A stretch of 64,000 bases of DNA from Bilabrum cf. latius (lineage: Eukaryota): positions 1,116,001 to 1,180,000 of the forward strand of contig OZ237736.1 in NCBI GenBank assembly GCA_965178125.1. Reading direction: 5' to 3'. How positions within the stretch are numbered: position 1 is the first letter of the stretch; each line of letters opens with the position of its first letter. Position numbers and translations under genes: made by a program. Below, piece after piece: positions 25,942-36,611 of the stretch. Below the pieces are notes generated by a model, which was not told the origin of the DNA, made no database searches, and was given only the letters and a program-made list of their open reading frames with translations.

Positions 25942-26586
25942 CACCTCCGTTCCTTTGCGATTAGCCTTACGCTTGCTACTGCTCGGATTGGACACGACTA
26001 TACAAACAGGTCGGGTTAGCCGTCCTAGAGTACACGATTACCAGCAACTGAGCGCAGCAATATGCCGCGAGAAGCTGCGACACTTCGCGACGTCCGGAGC
26101 AACAACTTCTAGTAGGCGCCACTTGGTGTGGCAGTGGGCCCCCCTGCCTAACGCGACACTCGTGTGGCCGACAATTATCCTGCTGGATGTTGAAACGAAT
26201 CTACCACGGGTCTCACCTCCCCATCACCATACACCATTGGATCAGAACGCTCGTGGATCTAATGAGCGCGAGGCACGCTTAGCAGATACGACTGTATCTG
26301 TAGGACTGGATCCAGCTTGGGAGACTATACTCTCCGTGTGTCACTTATCTCTTTGACGCAAAGCACCATCGATGCAGCTCGCCCCGCTGGCAACGCCATG
26401 ATGATCACTCTGATAATGCGACCGCCAGGACGCCGTTCGCCGACACCGTGACCGCTCAGCATGGCTTGCGACCAAAATCGATCCGAGCCAGAAGCATGAA
26501 CCATAGTTGTGCAATGCTGCATTCAAACTGTCCAATGCACATCTAAGGGTATTATAGTCGATACGAAATCGCAGACTCTGCTAGAC

Positions 26587-29500
26587 ATGGCATCTGATAC
26601 GCCCAACTAGATGGTTCGCAGCCTCTTCAATGACGCTGCTGCGAGCACTTTCGCACCGGAGCAGCAGCCGGCCCAGGTTCCAAGGGCCCTCAGGGACAGG
26701 GCACACAGTACAGGATCTAACGACAGTCGAGGGTCTAGCGGCAGGGCTTTACTTTTCAGAGCGAGAGCCTCGGACGGGTCATTCCGCGGAGGGCCGCCGG
26801 GCGTGCCTCGTAGCTTGATACCGCATACTCAAAGACGTTAGCCGCGCTAGACCAGTTTGGAATGTCATTCCGAAGCAGTGGGGATTCGCAGGCCGGGCAA
26901 CGAGGACTCCCTGCTCGGAAGAACCGAAGCAAGGATGGATGACAGCCGGGTTGAAGGCCTCTCACCGCTGCCACGACGAAATACCACTGGTTCCAGCGAT
27001 TCGCAAACAGCAAGTCGCGCATCATGTGCAGTTGTATAGACCTCAGGTCCTGGAATGGGTGCTACGAGTGTTCAACCAGTACATCAGGACGAAGCAGCCA
27101 GCAGACCTCGGCAGCGTCGCTCGATCCTGAGCTTCGCTGAGGTGCTTTCGGCAATTAGCTCTGATGGAGACGCAGGTGATGATCTCAAAAATGAAGTCGG
27201 ATCGGTGGAGCGGATGTCGTCAAGGCAAGCTCGGTCAGGGTCAGCTGCAACAATGCTGGTCACTTCGCGTGCTGGCAGCTCGCTTTCCATGTCGCACACT
27301 CCAATCAGAGAAAGTCAGCCGGCATTAGGAAATTTGTTTGGAGTAGATGTTAGCGAAGGCGCAGAGTTAGGCTTCGGTGCCTCTGTTCAACCCCAAAAGG
27401 ACCGCATGCGACAGCCTCGCACCGGTGACAGGTCTATGTAGGTTCGGTATGAGGGGAACCGGTCTGCACGCAGCCGGGATGTCAGGGATGTGACAGAAAC
27501 CTCACCAGATTCATCATCACTAGCCTCTGGGTCGCGAGAAAAGAGGCGTTCGGGCCATCTCGGTCGCAGCCCATCAGATTCTCCCGTGTTGCTGCCAGGA
27601 CAGAGCCCAAGCAGGCAGCCAGCCGGCGATTTTGGGTTCATTGGCGAGGATGCGGCCGATTCAAGCCCAGAAGATCGCCAAAGAGTGAGGCGAAGGCATG
27701 GAAGGGCGTCATCATTGGCAAGCACAGCGTCAGTGAGAGACAAGGATGCCGGCGGCGCTGCTAGCCCGACACTGCAAGACGGATCCAGTCGCCAGAGTAC
27801 CACACCTGGTCTTGGGCTTGCCTCCATTCGCAGCGCCGGCCCCAACAGCGAGCCGGCAGCGCACGATATTGACGTTGGGGAGCGAACTGAGGCAAGGTCA
27901 GGTAGGATGGTGCACGGGCGGGCGCGGGTGGTGGAGCCGGAGGAGCCCGCCGCGAGAGCGAGCACATTGCAGCAGGGCGGCCCGGGAGACGAAACCTCCG
28001 GAGCTGAACCGGCCGGTTGGACCAGCGACTGGAGGAGATCTGCTGTTGCTGCCCGAATGCAGCAGAGGGCAGGTAGACCGTATGGGTCCGGCCAGGCGGT
28101 GGCGAGCGGAGGCAGCAGCTACTTCGGGGGCGAGTCTGGCGGCAGCTGGGCAGTCCCTCGCATGGGCCCATCGGAGTCCATGGAGTTTGTCGACACTATC
28201 GATGCAGATGAGAGGCCGCCGGTGGCAGTCTTTCATTCAGGCAGTCAGCATCAGTCGGGCGCATCGCGTAGCAAGCTTTCCCGCAGTGTGTCCAACACAT
28301 CGGGATCAGGGGACGGCAGCGAATCGGGGGGATCCACGCCACCTGCAGCAGCAGCGGCAGCGACCGGCATGCGCAGCTACCTCGCCGAAATGGACCCCGG
28401 CTTGGACCCCGACGATGTCATCCCGCGCAGAGCAGGAGCGACCAGGGAGGTGGCCGTAGGTCCCCTGCCCCTCCGTCGGTATCCAGGCAGAGCCGATGGC
28501 GGCCTGCGAGCGCGGGGTCCCGGATCTCCTGGCGGTGCAGGGCAACCCATTGGCCAGGAGCGCCTCCGAGCGCTTCCCATGCGTTGCAGAGTCATCATAG
28601 CTCGCGTGGCTCCGTCGATCGCAGACCTGACAAGCTACGTGTTTATGTTTCAGGTGCTCTCTAGGGTCGCCCGTGCCCGACTATCGGCTGCTCTGGGCTT
28701 CGCCCGGAACGGGGCTTGGCAAGCCGCAGAGACTGCTGCCCGACAGATCGAACTGCAGGAGCACAAGGCAGGCGATGGCCTGGTTGTCCTCTTTGCCCGG
28801 ATGCAGCCGTACTCCAAGACGCCGTACTTTGCCATATCCACGAACCCCGATGACCTGTTTGCGTCTCGCTCTAATCGATCCAGTGGCTACGCTGGCAAGC
28901 TTAGGGGGGACGCAGTGGGTCACCACTACGTCCTGTACGACAGCGGAAACGCACCCTCTCACGACTCAAGGCCGTCCCCAGACCTAGGGGTGCCCGTCGC
29001 TGGCGGGTCGTCGCTACGCCGGGAGCTTGGCCTGATCTCATTTCGCCATTCCGGTGGCGGAGTACAGCTCCCGAGCGGAGCTGCATCCGTTGCATCCTCC
29101 CGTGCAAAAGCAGGGGGGCAGCACCGCGACGCCGACGTTGACAGGCCGCTGGCGTCCAGGTACAGCAGTCGATCCTTGGCCAGCAAGTCGAGCAGGGACA
29201 GTTCCCGCGAAGGGTTTGATAGCGAGCACTCGGGTTTCATAGACAAGGAGCCCAGAAGTGGACGTGCCGCCGGCTCGTCAGCCAGCTCGCATGCAAGGGC
29301 TGCCATGCCACCACGCCTGAAAGAAAGAGCTCGGGTTGGGCTTGGCAGGACGACTGCAGACCATGGACACGCCCCGGCACCACCGAAATCGACTCGGAAC
29401 TCTGCTGCACGACTGCCGTGGCAGCAAGAAGCCCACAAAAGGCGTCCGATTCAGCCGAGAACAGCTCCTGCAGGGGCCCACCCGCAGGGCTTCTTTTCTG

Positions 29501-31113
29501 GGGAGGATGCATGGAGGGTGGATACGATGGCCGACACTTCCGAGTCCGGCGCTGACGCGGCCGATGTGGCAGTATCGGGAGCACGGGGGCACCGCGCACC
29601 GGACAGTTCCAGGAGCCTCGAGTCCCAGGGCAGCGCCGGGGCGGTCGAAGTACAGGGCGGAAGGGCTGGCCTCGACCCTCTGGGAGCCCCATCCACCCCT
29701 GATTGCATGCGTGTGGTCCTTCCCGCCGTTGCTAGGCACGGGTTGAGAGGAGATCGGCTCACTCCAACCACCTGGTAGCCGTCCAAAGCTTCAGAAGGCA
29801 TCGTGCGGGTGGTCGCCGACGCGGAGGGCAACTTGCAGCCGCTTGACAGCGGTAGGCTGTCAGTGCTACCCAGCGTTCCCGTGCCGATTTCCAGTCTGTT
29901 AACTGGTAGTGTCGCATGGCTGGAGTCAAACAAGGCGCTTCTTGCCCGGCTGCGGCTGGATCGCTCTGCGCAGCTCCAGCGAAGCTCCGGGGCTGGCTGC
30001 ATGTCGTTCGCTCTGCTGGGCCAAGCAACGGCCGGTGATAGGCAGGCACAAACGGGCAGCGTCAGTGGATCGTTGGCCTCAGTAAGCGACAGAAATGGAT
30101 CCGTAGAGAGCAGGGACGACGTATTTGCTCTGAAAGACGACTCCGGTCCTCGTGAGTCGAGCTTGGGGTCGAGGGGCGAATCTGCGACGAGATCCTTGCG
30201 GGAAGAAGGAGCTCCCGCGGTCGGCCGGCGCAGGCCAGGTCTCACCGTGAGGCACGCCATGCGAGACGTGGGAACGACGCCGACTAGCCCCGAAGCAAGT
30301 CTTCCGCGGGCCAGAATTGCCGAGGCAGGCACGGGATGGGACGCCTGTCACACAGAGGTGCAGCTCAGGTGTGACCAGGTGGGTCCTTGCGCGTTCGACG
30401 TCGAGGTTCGGTCCCCCTTGAGCATGGTGCAAGCCTTTGGCATCGTGCTGGCAAGGCTCGACTCGCTTCGGCTAGCGTGCAAGCAGGCAAGGGAAGCAAA
30501 GTCCCGGGCCAGCAAGACGGTCGGATCGTCTGCATCCGTTGTCCCGCTGCATCCGGGGACGGGCAAATCTCTTGCGTCTTCGGGCAGTGCCGGGGACCTG
30601 CGCCGAGCGCCTACTAGTAGCGCGCCGACCGGCATTGCGGTGGACCTCGACGGCGGTGCGGGGGGAGGGGTGCGAGGCCGCAGCGCGTCGAGAGGCGGGG
30701 GATCGATCTCCGTGTCACCCACGAGAACCAACATGATGGGTGAGGACTCGGTGCATGACGTGCTGGGTCGGCTGATGGAAGGCAAGGCGCCGTGCGATCG
30801 GATCAAGGCCGGCGACCTTGCTCGGTTCTCGTTCGCGAGCAGCTTCTCGACCGCGGAGGAGCTGGCGCACGCACAGCACACGGCCGAGCAGGTCGGTGAG
30901 CTCGGGAGCTCGGGTATTAGACAGGGCGTTCGCGGGGGACAATAGGGTGGTGCGGGAGGTGCAGGTGGCAGCAGCGGCAGGCAGCAGGCCGGCTCGCGCG
31001 CCGCTCGCTAGGGCAGGCGCAAGCCTGCTACCTGGGTTCGGTCTCGGCGAAGAATGAGCCTTTCGGCGATCGGGGATGCTCTCCGGCAGGGCTTTGGCTC
31101 TCTGTTTTCTTGA
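26587..31113 (+). CDS. Tubby-like protein with long disordered N-terminus and a Tubby domain broken by insertions, ~1508 aa
   Basis: Single frame from ATG 26587 to TGA 31111-31113, interrupted only by TAG. Tubby motifs SKTPYFAISTNPDDL, YAGKLRG, YVLYDSG, LRRELGLISF, MRVVLP, AFDVEVRSPLSMVQAFGIVLARLDSLRLAC. Confidence 0.78.
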
Positions 31114-31215
31114 TTAGTTCGATATCTTCCGTCGCGACTTTTGTGACCGCCTGCGTGGTGTGGATACATTTGTTCTCACTCTCGAATTCGCACGCACGAG
31201 CGCAATATCAGCACC

Positions 31216-32154
31216 ATGCGAGTGGCAAGGCTTGCGATGAAGAGAATCTGTACTGCTAGCAGCCATATGTTCCGCCGTGCTACGCCTGGACGCCAAGCGA
31301 GCGCCAGCGCAGCTGGAGTTGCTGCGGCAGCTGTGGCGACACTGTATGCATCTTCGATTGCCTGCGAAGAATCGAAGCCGCGAAGCAAACCCCCTGCTGT
31401 CATTTCTGTAAAGCCAGTGGGGTCGGCATCACTGGCTGCTAGTGGCGAGGATCTGATCTCTATGCTGCGCTACACTACCTAGTGCGCCACCATTACTTCT
31501 CAGCAGCACCATCCGAATCTGGTAGTAGTGGACAGCCCTGCAATTCGTGGACTATTTACCATGATTCGAGACAAAGACTTGGAGCCGGCTCGCTTCGCTC
31601 CAGCGGCCAACCGACTCATGAATTTGCTGGCGGAGCTGGGTCTAGGGTTCGCGGCCAGCGTGCAGCCCAAGACAGTGGAAACCCCATGCGGCGTATACCA
31701 CGGGGTCAAGCTATTGACAGAAAAAGACATTGTTGTTGTTAGTATTGTGAGGGGTGGGGACGCTCTGCAAACGGCTGTGAGCAAGATCATCCCCGGCGCG
31801 CCTGTCGGCAAGATCCTCATCCAACGAGACGAGACCACGGACGAAAAGAAGCCGATTCTGCTGTACCAGAAGCTCCCCGACCTAGGATCTCGCACCGTTG
31901 TTCTAACAGACCCAATGCTCGCGACCGGAGGTAGCGCCATCCGCGCCATCAAGCAGCTGCTCTAGGCGGGCGCCAAGGAAGACCAGGTCCTGTTCCTCAC
32001 GGTGGTCTCGTCCCCCGAGGGACTCCGGCGACTCGGGAAAGAGTACCCATCCATTCGCGTGGTGACTTGTGCCGTGGACAGCCACTTGAACGAGCACAAG
32101 TACATCGTGCCTGGCTTGGGAGACTTCGGAGACCGCTACTACGGGACCATATGA
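31216..32154 (+). CDS. UPRT: Uracil phosphoribosyltransferase with N-terminal extension
   Basis: LFTMIRDK, VSIVRGG, GKILIQRDE, DPMLATGGS, then after TAG 31963 ...YIVPGLGDFGDRYYG and TGA 32152-32154. The start codon and a possible short 5' intron are not resolved. Confidence 0.9.
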
Positions 32155-32411
32155 AGGGAGTACAGAGCGATCCATCGGTGGATTCAGGTCGGGAACCGTC
32201 GAATGGGCGGCAGTGATACATGCTCTGGTCGTACTGGACGCATTTAACCGAAGACAGAGAGATATTTTAGACATTCAAGGTATGCTACAGCCAGTTGGCA
32301 CACGCAGAAGGCCGAATCGGATCGGATGCAGGATAAACCCGACCTCATCAATCGCGGCCGTGCCCAATTTGCATGGCCTTCCCAACTATGATTCCATGCG
32401 GCAAGCGTCTA

Positions 32412-33485
32412 TCACAGCATGCTAGTCATGCCCGTCTTCGCGTCGTCATCCGCAAATACCGCCGCGGCGTACTCCCTCAGAGGTAGCGCCATGCCCCCCG
32501 GGCCCACCCCATGCAGCTGGTAGATGGCCTGCAGCACGTGCTCCGAGGGCTCTAGCACCAGATGGTCCATCGCTTCCTTGAACTCGCATACCTCCATCAG
32601 GCCGTCTGCACGCCTATCGAATCGTCTGAGGATCCTGGCGAGCGCGGTGGGATCCGAGTCGGAGCCGTGGGTCCTCTGGCGCACCTTGGCTCGCAGGAGA
32701 CCGTGGAAGCCCTCGATCCTCTCCTCCAGCACGTCCTTGGCCTCTTTCTCAGCCACGCCGAACGTCCCAACCAGGAATTGTACCACAAAGATCTCATCGG
32801 AAGCAACGGCGCAGCTGAGGTCGGCCATTGCCGCACTGAATGCATCCCACGAGATGGGAGGGTCGTCGCTACCACTGGCACTGGCATCATCATCGCCTCC
32901 GGAGCCGGTCTCGCTGGCGGCCGTGACGAGGATATCTACCAGACCCTCCATGGCTTGCCGTTCATTCATACGACCATCCAAAACGTCTGGGTGACGGGAT
33001 AGATCCGCTTTCTTTAGCACTGCAGATAACGGCGGTGTCTCCGTACCTGCATAGCTTGCGATCTCGTGAAATACCTTTTCGACCATCGCCTTGCGCCTGT
33101 CCGAATGTGCGCCTCCAAGCGATCGCATAAACTCTACCCATGATATTGTGGAATCTTCGACCGCTGCTCTGCCCCCCACGGTAGAATGATTCATCTCTCG
33201 AAACAAGTAGCCGATTTCTTGTTTGGTCAAGAAAACACCACTTGACTGCAAGCAGTCGTCAAGCTCCTTCCTACTAAGCCCTTCCTTTCCATCCAAATCG
33301 CTGAATGCCAAAAAGTTCTTTGCCAGAGGGCGCGTCCCGCTCAATCCGAATCGTTGCAACAAGCTGTCCCGTACTTTCTCCAATAAAGTGGACACAGGCA
33401 CCCTTCCAGCCGCCGCTAGCGCCAGATCATCGCCAGATGCAACAAATCCTCTACCACTGCCTGATACCGAAGCAGCGGAAGCCAT
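32412..33485 (-). CDS. Calcyphosin-like EF-hand protein, 357 aa
   Basis: Degenerate EF-hands (DLDGKEGLSRKEL, ISWVEF, FDRRADGLMEVCEF) plus calcyphosin-type RRKAMVEKVF and RHPDVLDG. No internal TAG; TGA stop. Confidence 0.75.
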   Translation of the reverse strand: MASAASVSGSGRGFVASGDDLALAAAGRVPVSTLLEKVRDSLLQRFGLSGTRPLAKNFLAFSDLDGKEGLSRKELDDCLQSSGVFLTKQEIGYLFREMNHSTVGGRAAVEDSTISWVEFMRSLGGAHSDRRKAMVEKVFHEIASYAGTETPPLSAVLKKADLSRHPDVLDGRMNERQAMEGLVDILVTAASETGSGGDDDASASGSDDPPISWDAFSAAMADLSCAVASDEIFVVQFLVGTFGVAEKEAKDVLEERIEGFHGLLRAKVRQRTHGSDSDPTALARILRRFDRRADGLMEVCEFKEAMDHLVLEPSEHVLQAIYQLHGVGPGGMALPLREYAAAVFADDDAKTGMTSML

Positions 33486-33620
33486 GCTGCAGAGAATTTT
33501 AGTGCACAAGTCCGTTGATGTTTAACAGCTCCGAATCAATGCATGTGTAATAAAAAAAGTACACTGTTTAAAAAATCGAGGACTTGAAGGCAACTAGCCG
33601 CAAATCTCCGTGTTTAGGCG

Positions 33621-34429
33621 ATGAAGCGAAGCATCGTGCCTGTATAGTGTATAGTTGGGTTTTTACTAGGAAAGTCCTTGGCAAAGTCAAGATCTGAGCC
33701 GTCATTTGAAAGGTGCACGACAAAGACTGCTTGCACGAGCAAAGACGAGTTCTTGGCCGCGTTTCTTGACGATGATAGTAGCGGCCAGAAACAGCGACAG
33801 ATAAATCGCTAGTAGCGATTACGCAACGCCAGACGAGCTGCAGCTATAGGAAACAAGATGGAAAACTGTCCCCCTGATCGGGAAGAATTGGGCCGGAACA
33901 CTTGGAATTTAGTTAGATGCTTGTTACTCGCTGTGCGCGCTACCATGTTTTGTGGAACGACGACCTTGGTGTCTTTTAATTCATGATTAGCACCTCATCG
34001 CAGCTGCACATGACGGCAGCCTACTACCCGGAACATCCAACCGACGAGCAGCAACGAGCGATGCGAGCGTTCGTAGGCGGGATAGCTGAGTTCTATCCCT
34101 GCTCGCACTGCCGCGCAGCATTCGTAGATGACATTAAGAGACATCCAGTCTTGGCCTCGAGCCGACGGGATCTATCCATTTGGCTGTGCAAGCGCCACAA
34201 CCAGGTGAACATGGAGTTAGGCAAGAGCAAGTTCCCATGCACGATGGCTGCTTTGGACGAGAGATGGAAGGACGGCCACAAGGATTGCTGGTAGTAGAAG
34301 ATGCTGACCTCGCGTGAGAGCCTGGGGCAGGCCGACGATGACGAAGATGACGAAGAAGAGGACAGCGATGCCACCGCACCAGGTAGCGAAACAGGCACTG
34401 CTGCCAGTCAGACAGGTGGCCGCCGCTGA
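33621..34429 (+). CDS. ERV1: ERV1/ALR FAD-linked sulfhydryl oxidase; exons 33621-33911 and 34004-34429
   Basis: CPPDREELGRNTWNL|LHMTAAYYP across GT-AG intron 33912-34003; active-site YPCSHC; WLCKRHNQVN; ERWKDG; TAG TAG then acidic tail to TGA 34427-34429. Start codon less certain. Confidence 0.88.
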
Positions 34430-34626
34430 CAGGAGCACGGGCAGCACGATCCATCGGCCGGGGTCGCACGTATGCACCCGCAGTCTCTGGTGCACAGAAT
34501 CGGATTTCCATGGTTTACGGGCTGGTGGGAGTGCGTGCTCGTGAGGCCGTGCTGGCGGGGAATCATCATGAACAGGAACAGAACACAGTTGTATCACGCT
34601 GAAAGTCATGGCATGCTCGCCTCTCG

Positions 34627-35259
34627 TCACGCCGTCGCATCCGAGGAACCTCCTGCGTCCGAAAGCTCCTCAAGGGTTGCGCCCTTGCCCTGCTTCTAGC
34701 TCGCCTACACGTACGATGAGACGATCGCAGTGACCGCAAACACCAGCTGCGTGATCACCTGCATCCAATCCCTACTTAACTTGGTACTGCTAGCCAAGTA
34801 TGCAAGAGTGCAAAACAATCCTAGCCATGTGTAGAGCCTGTTTCGCATGAAAAGACCTGCCATCGAAAGTACCGTGCCCGCAATCTGCCACATTTGTTGC
34901 TCAGCACTCATTTCCTAAGGAGCTGCGAGAACCGTTTTCATAGTAAATAAGATTGACAGCATCGACGCGCATGCCTTAGCTATACTACAGCCGCTGTAGT
35001 CTATAGACGGGCCGCACGGACATTCAGTTACACTGAATCGCCACGCGTCCCCAGGCTGGCAAACATGTTACCACTAGTACGTGCAGCATGCAAACATAAT
35101 CAATTTGATCGCGATCGAACTGTCCTGCGACAAGAGAGACTCACACCCGAAAAAGCCGCCGCCTCCGCTGTCGTCCTTCTCCTTTTCCGGATCACGAACT
35201 ACCGAGGAAAAATCGTAAATTTTCACCCCTTGCTTCGGGTCATCGTACTTCGTTGGCAT
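34627..35259 (-). CDS. WDR83OS: Asterix/PAT10 (WDR83OS) small ER membrane chaperone, ~136 aa; exons 35145-35259 and 34627-34922
   Basis: LSMAGLFMRNRLYTWLGLFC...DWMQVITQLVFAVTAIVSSYV* resembles the Asterix core, which ends SYLQ. Phase-1 intron 34923-35144 (GTGAGT...GCAG) joins a DP-containing first exon. TGA stop. Confidence 0.75.
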
Positions 35260-35381
35260 GCTGGTACTCGGGACCACCAATCGTTAAACTCTACGGACAG
35301 GTGTGGCAGGTTTTCGGACGAATCGGGGCTGGAACCGGAGTCCATAATTGCATACGAAAACACTCTCGCCCCAGATTTGGT

Positions 35382-36506
35382 ATGGAGGAACTGGCTAGTA
35401 TCGTAGCGCGGGCGCTCATTTTGATTTCACAAGCAGTAGCAGCAGGCCAGCTGTGCACAGCGTCGGGAAAGAGGCTGCGCAAGAGTTTGCTAATGAACCC
35501 AAGCAGGTTCAGCGATCGATTCAATCTCCTCTAGGGACGTGTGATCAAACCTGAACAGTTGCGGGGGCTATTGGCATAGCTATATCATGATATTTGCGAC
35601 ATGAGCCCTGCGGGAGCTGGTTGTGCCGGCCGATGCGATCAGGTGTGTTCAGCCGGCGAAGCAGCAGAGGCCTCAATTCTGTCGAGCAGCATCCGAAGGC
35701 GGACCAGCGTGCCTCTGCTGGGCCACCAAGATCAATCATTAAGAGTTGCACGTGTCACTGGATCAGGAATCCAAGTACTCAGAGCAGGCAGCAGTACGCC
35801 GGAGGCGGATATTCACAGAATCAAGGTTTCGAAGGATGGCTCTCTTTTTTGCTTGTATCATCGGAAGTCTTTGGCCGAGGAAGTAACGCTGCTACCCTCA
35901 GACAGCAGTCCGGTATCTCATCTCGCCGCGATCGTGGGCTGCCACTCGAGCAGGACGGCTGCTTCGTACCTCAAGCAAAGCACAGGGATGCTTGCGTCCG
36001 TCAGTGCCAATGCCAGTGCTGCTGCCAGTGCCGATGGTCGGGACTCGCGTGGCGCTTTGTCCGACTGGAGACTGTATCCCGAGGCTGTTGCATGCGGACA
36101 GATGCTAGTGTACTGCTTGTGCACCCGTTTACTGCGTTTGGTGGAGGCAGACAGATAGCCGCAGCCAGCACTGCCTACTGCTGCGTCGTGTGGCGGGCAT
36201 GTCAAGTCCGACAAATATGCCACTGGCAGCGGGCCCCACAGCACGGAGGATGCAGACCCTTTGGATGAACCCATTGCATCGCGCATGCCAACAGGGCGGC
36301 CTGCTCAGGCGGCTGAGGGTGGTCCGACCCGGAGTCCGGCGGTCGTAGCGCGGGTTCTTGTTGACACGATCGAGGCGCTTCGAGGGAGGCGGCGCGTGCG
36401 GAGTGCCTGGCAGGAAGCGGAGTCTGGCATACTTAGTTCGCCCGTGGGCGGCGTGTTGCTGTTGGAGGGGCTGATTGGCATTGCTATCGATGGTGTGGGG
36501 TTGTAA
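35382..36506 (+). CDS. Hypothetical protein, 374 aa
   Basis: Three track ORFs (35253, 35601, 36261) share one frame separated only by TAGs. ATG 35382 to TAA 36504-36506 fills the gap between Asterix and PTEN. No recognised motif. Confidence 0.55.
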
Positions 36507-36611
36507 TGTAAGGCAGGCAGTCTCGAGACGGGGCGCGCCCGTTCTGAGTATGGTGGATGGGAGCCATGAAAAACCAACAAGATCAAGCACGCAACGCAAT
36601 CAAATTCTCTA

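Noticed and set aside
25998-26586. Separate small gene or tRNA (e.g. the suppressor tRNA) in the largest intergenic gap
   Set aside because: No convincing ORF or cloverleaf seen. More likely FAS 5' exon/intron plus a divergent promoter; I could not resolve the donor site.
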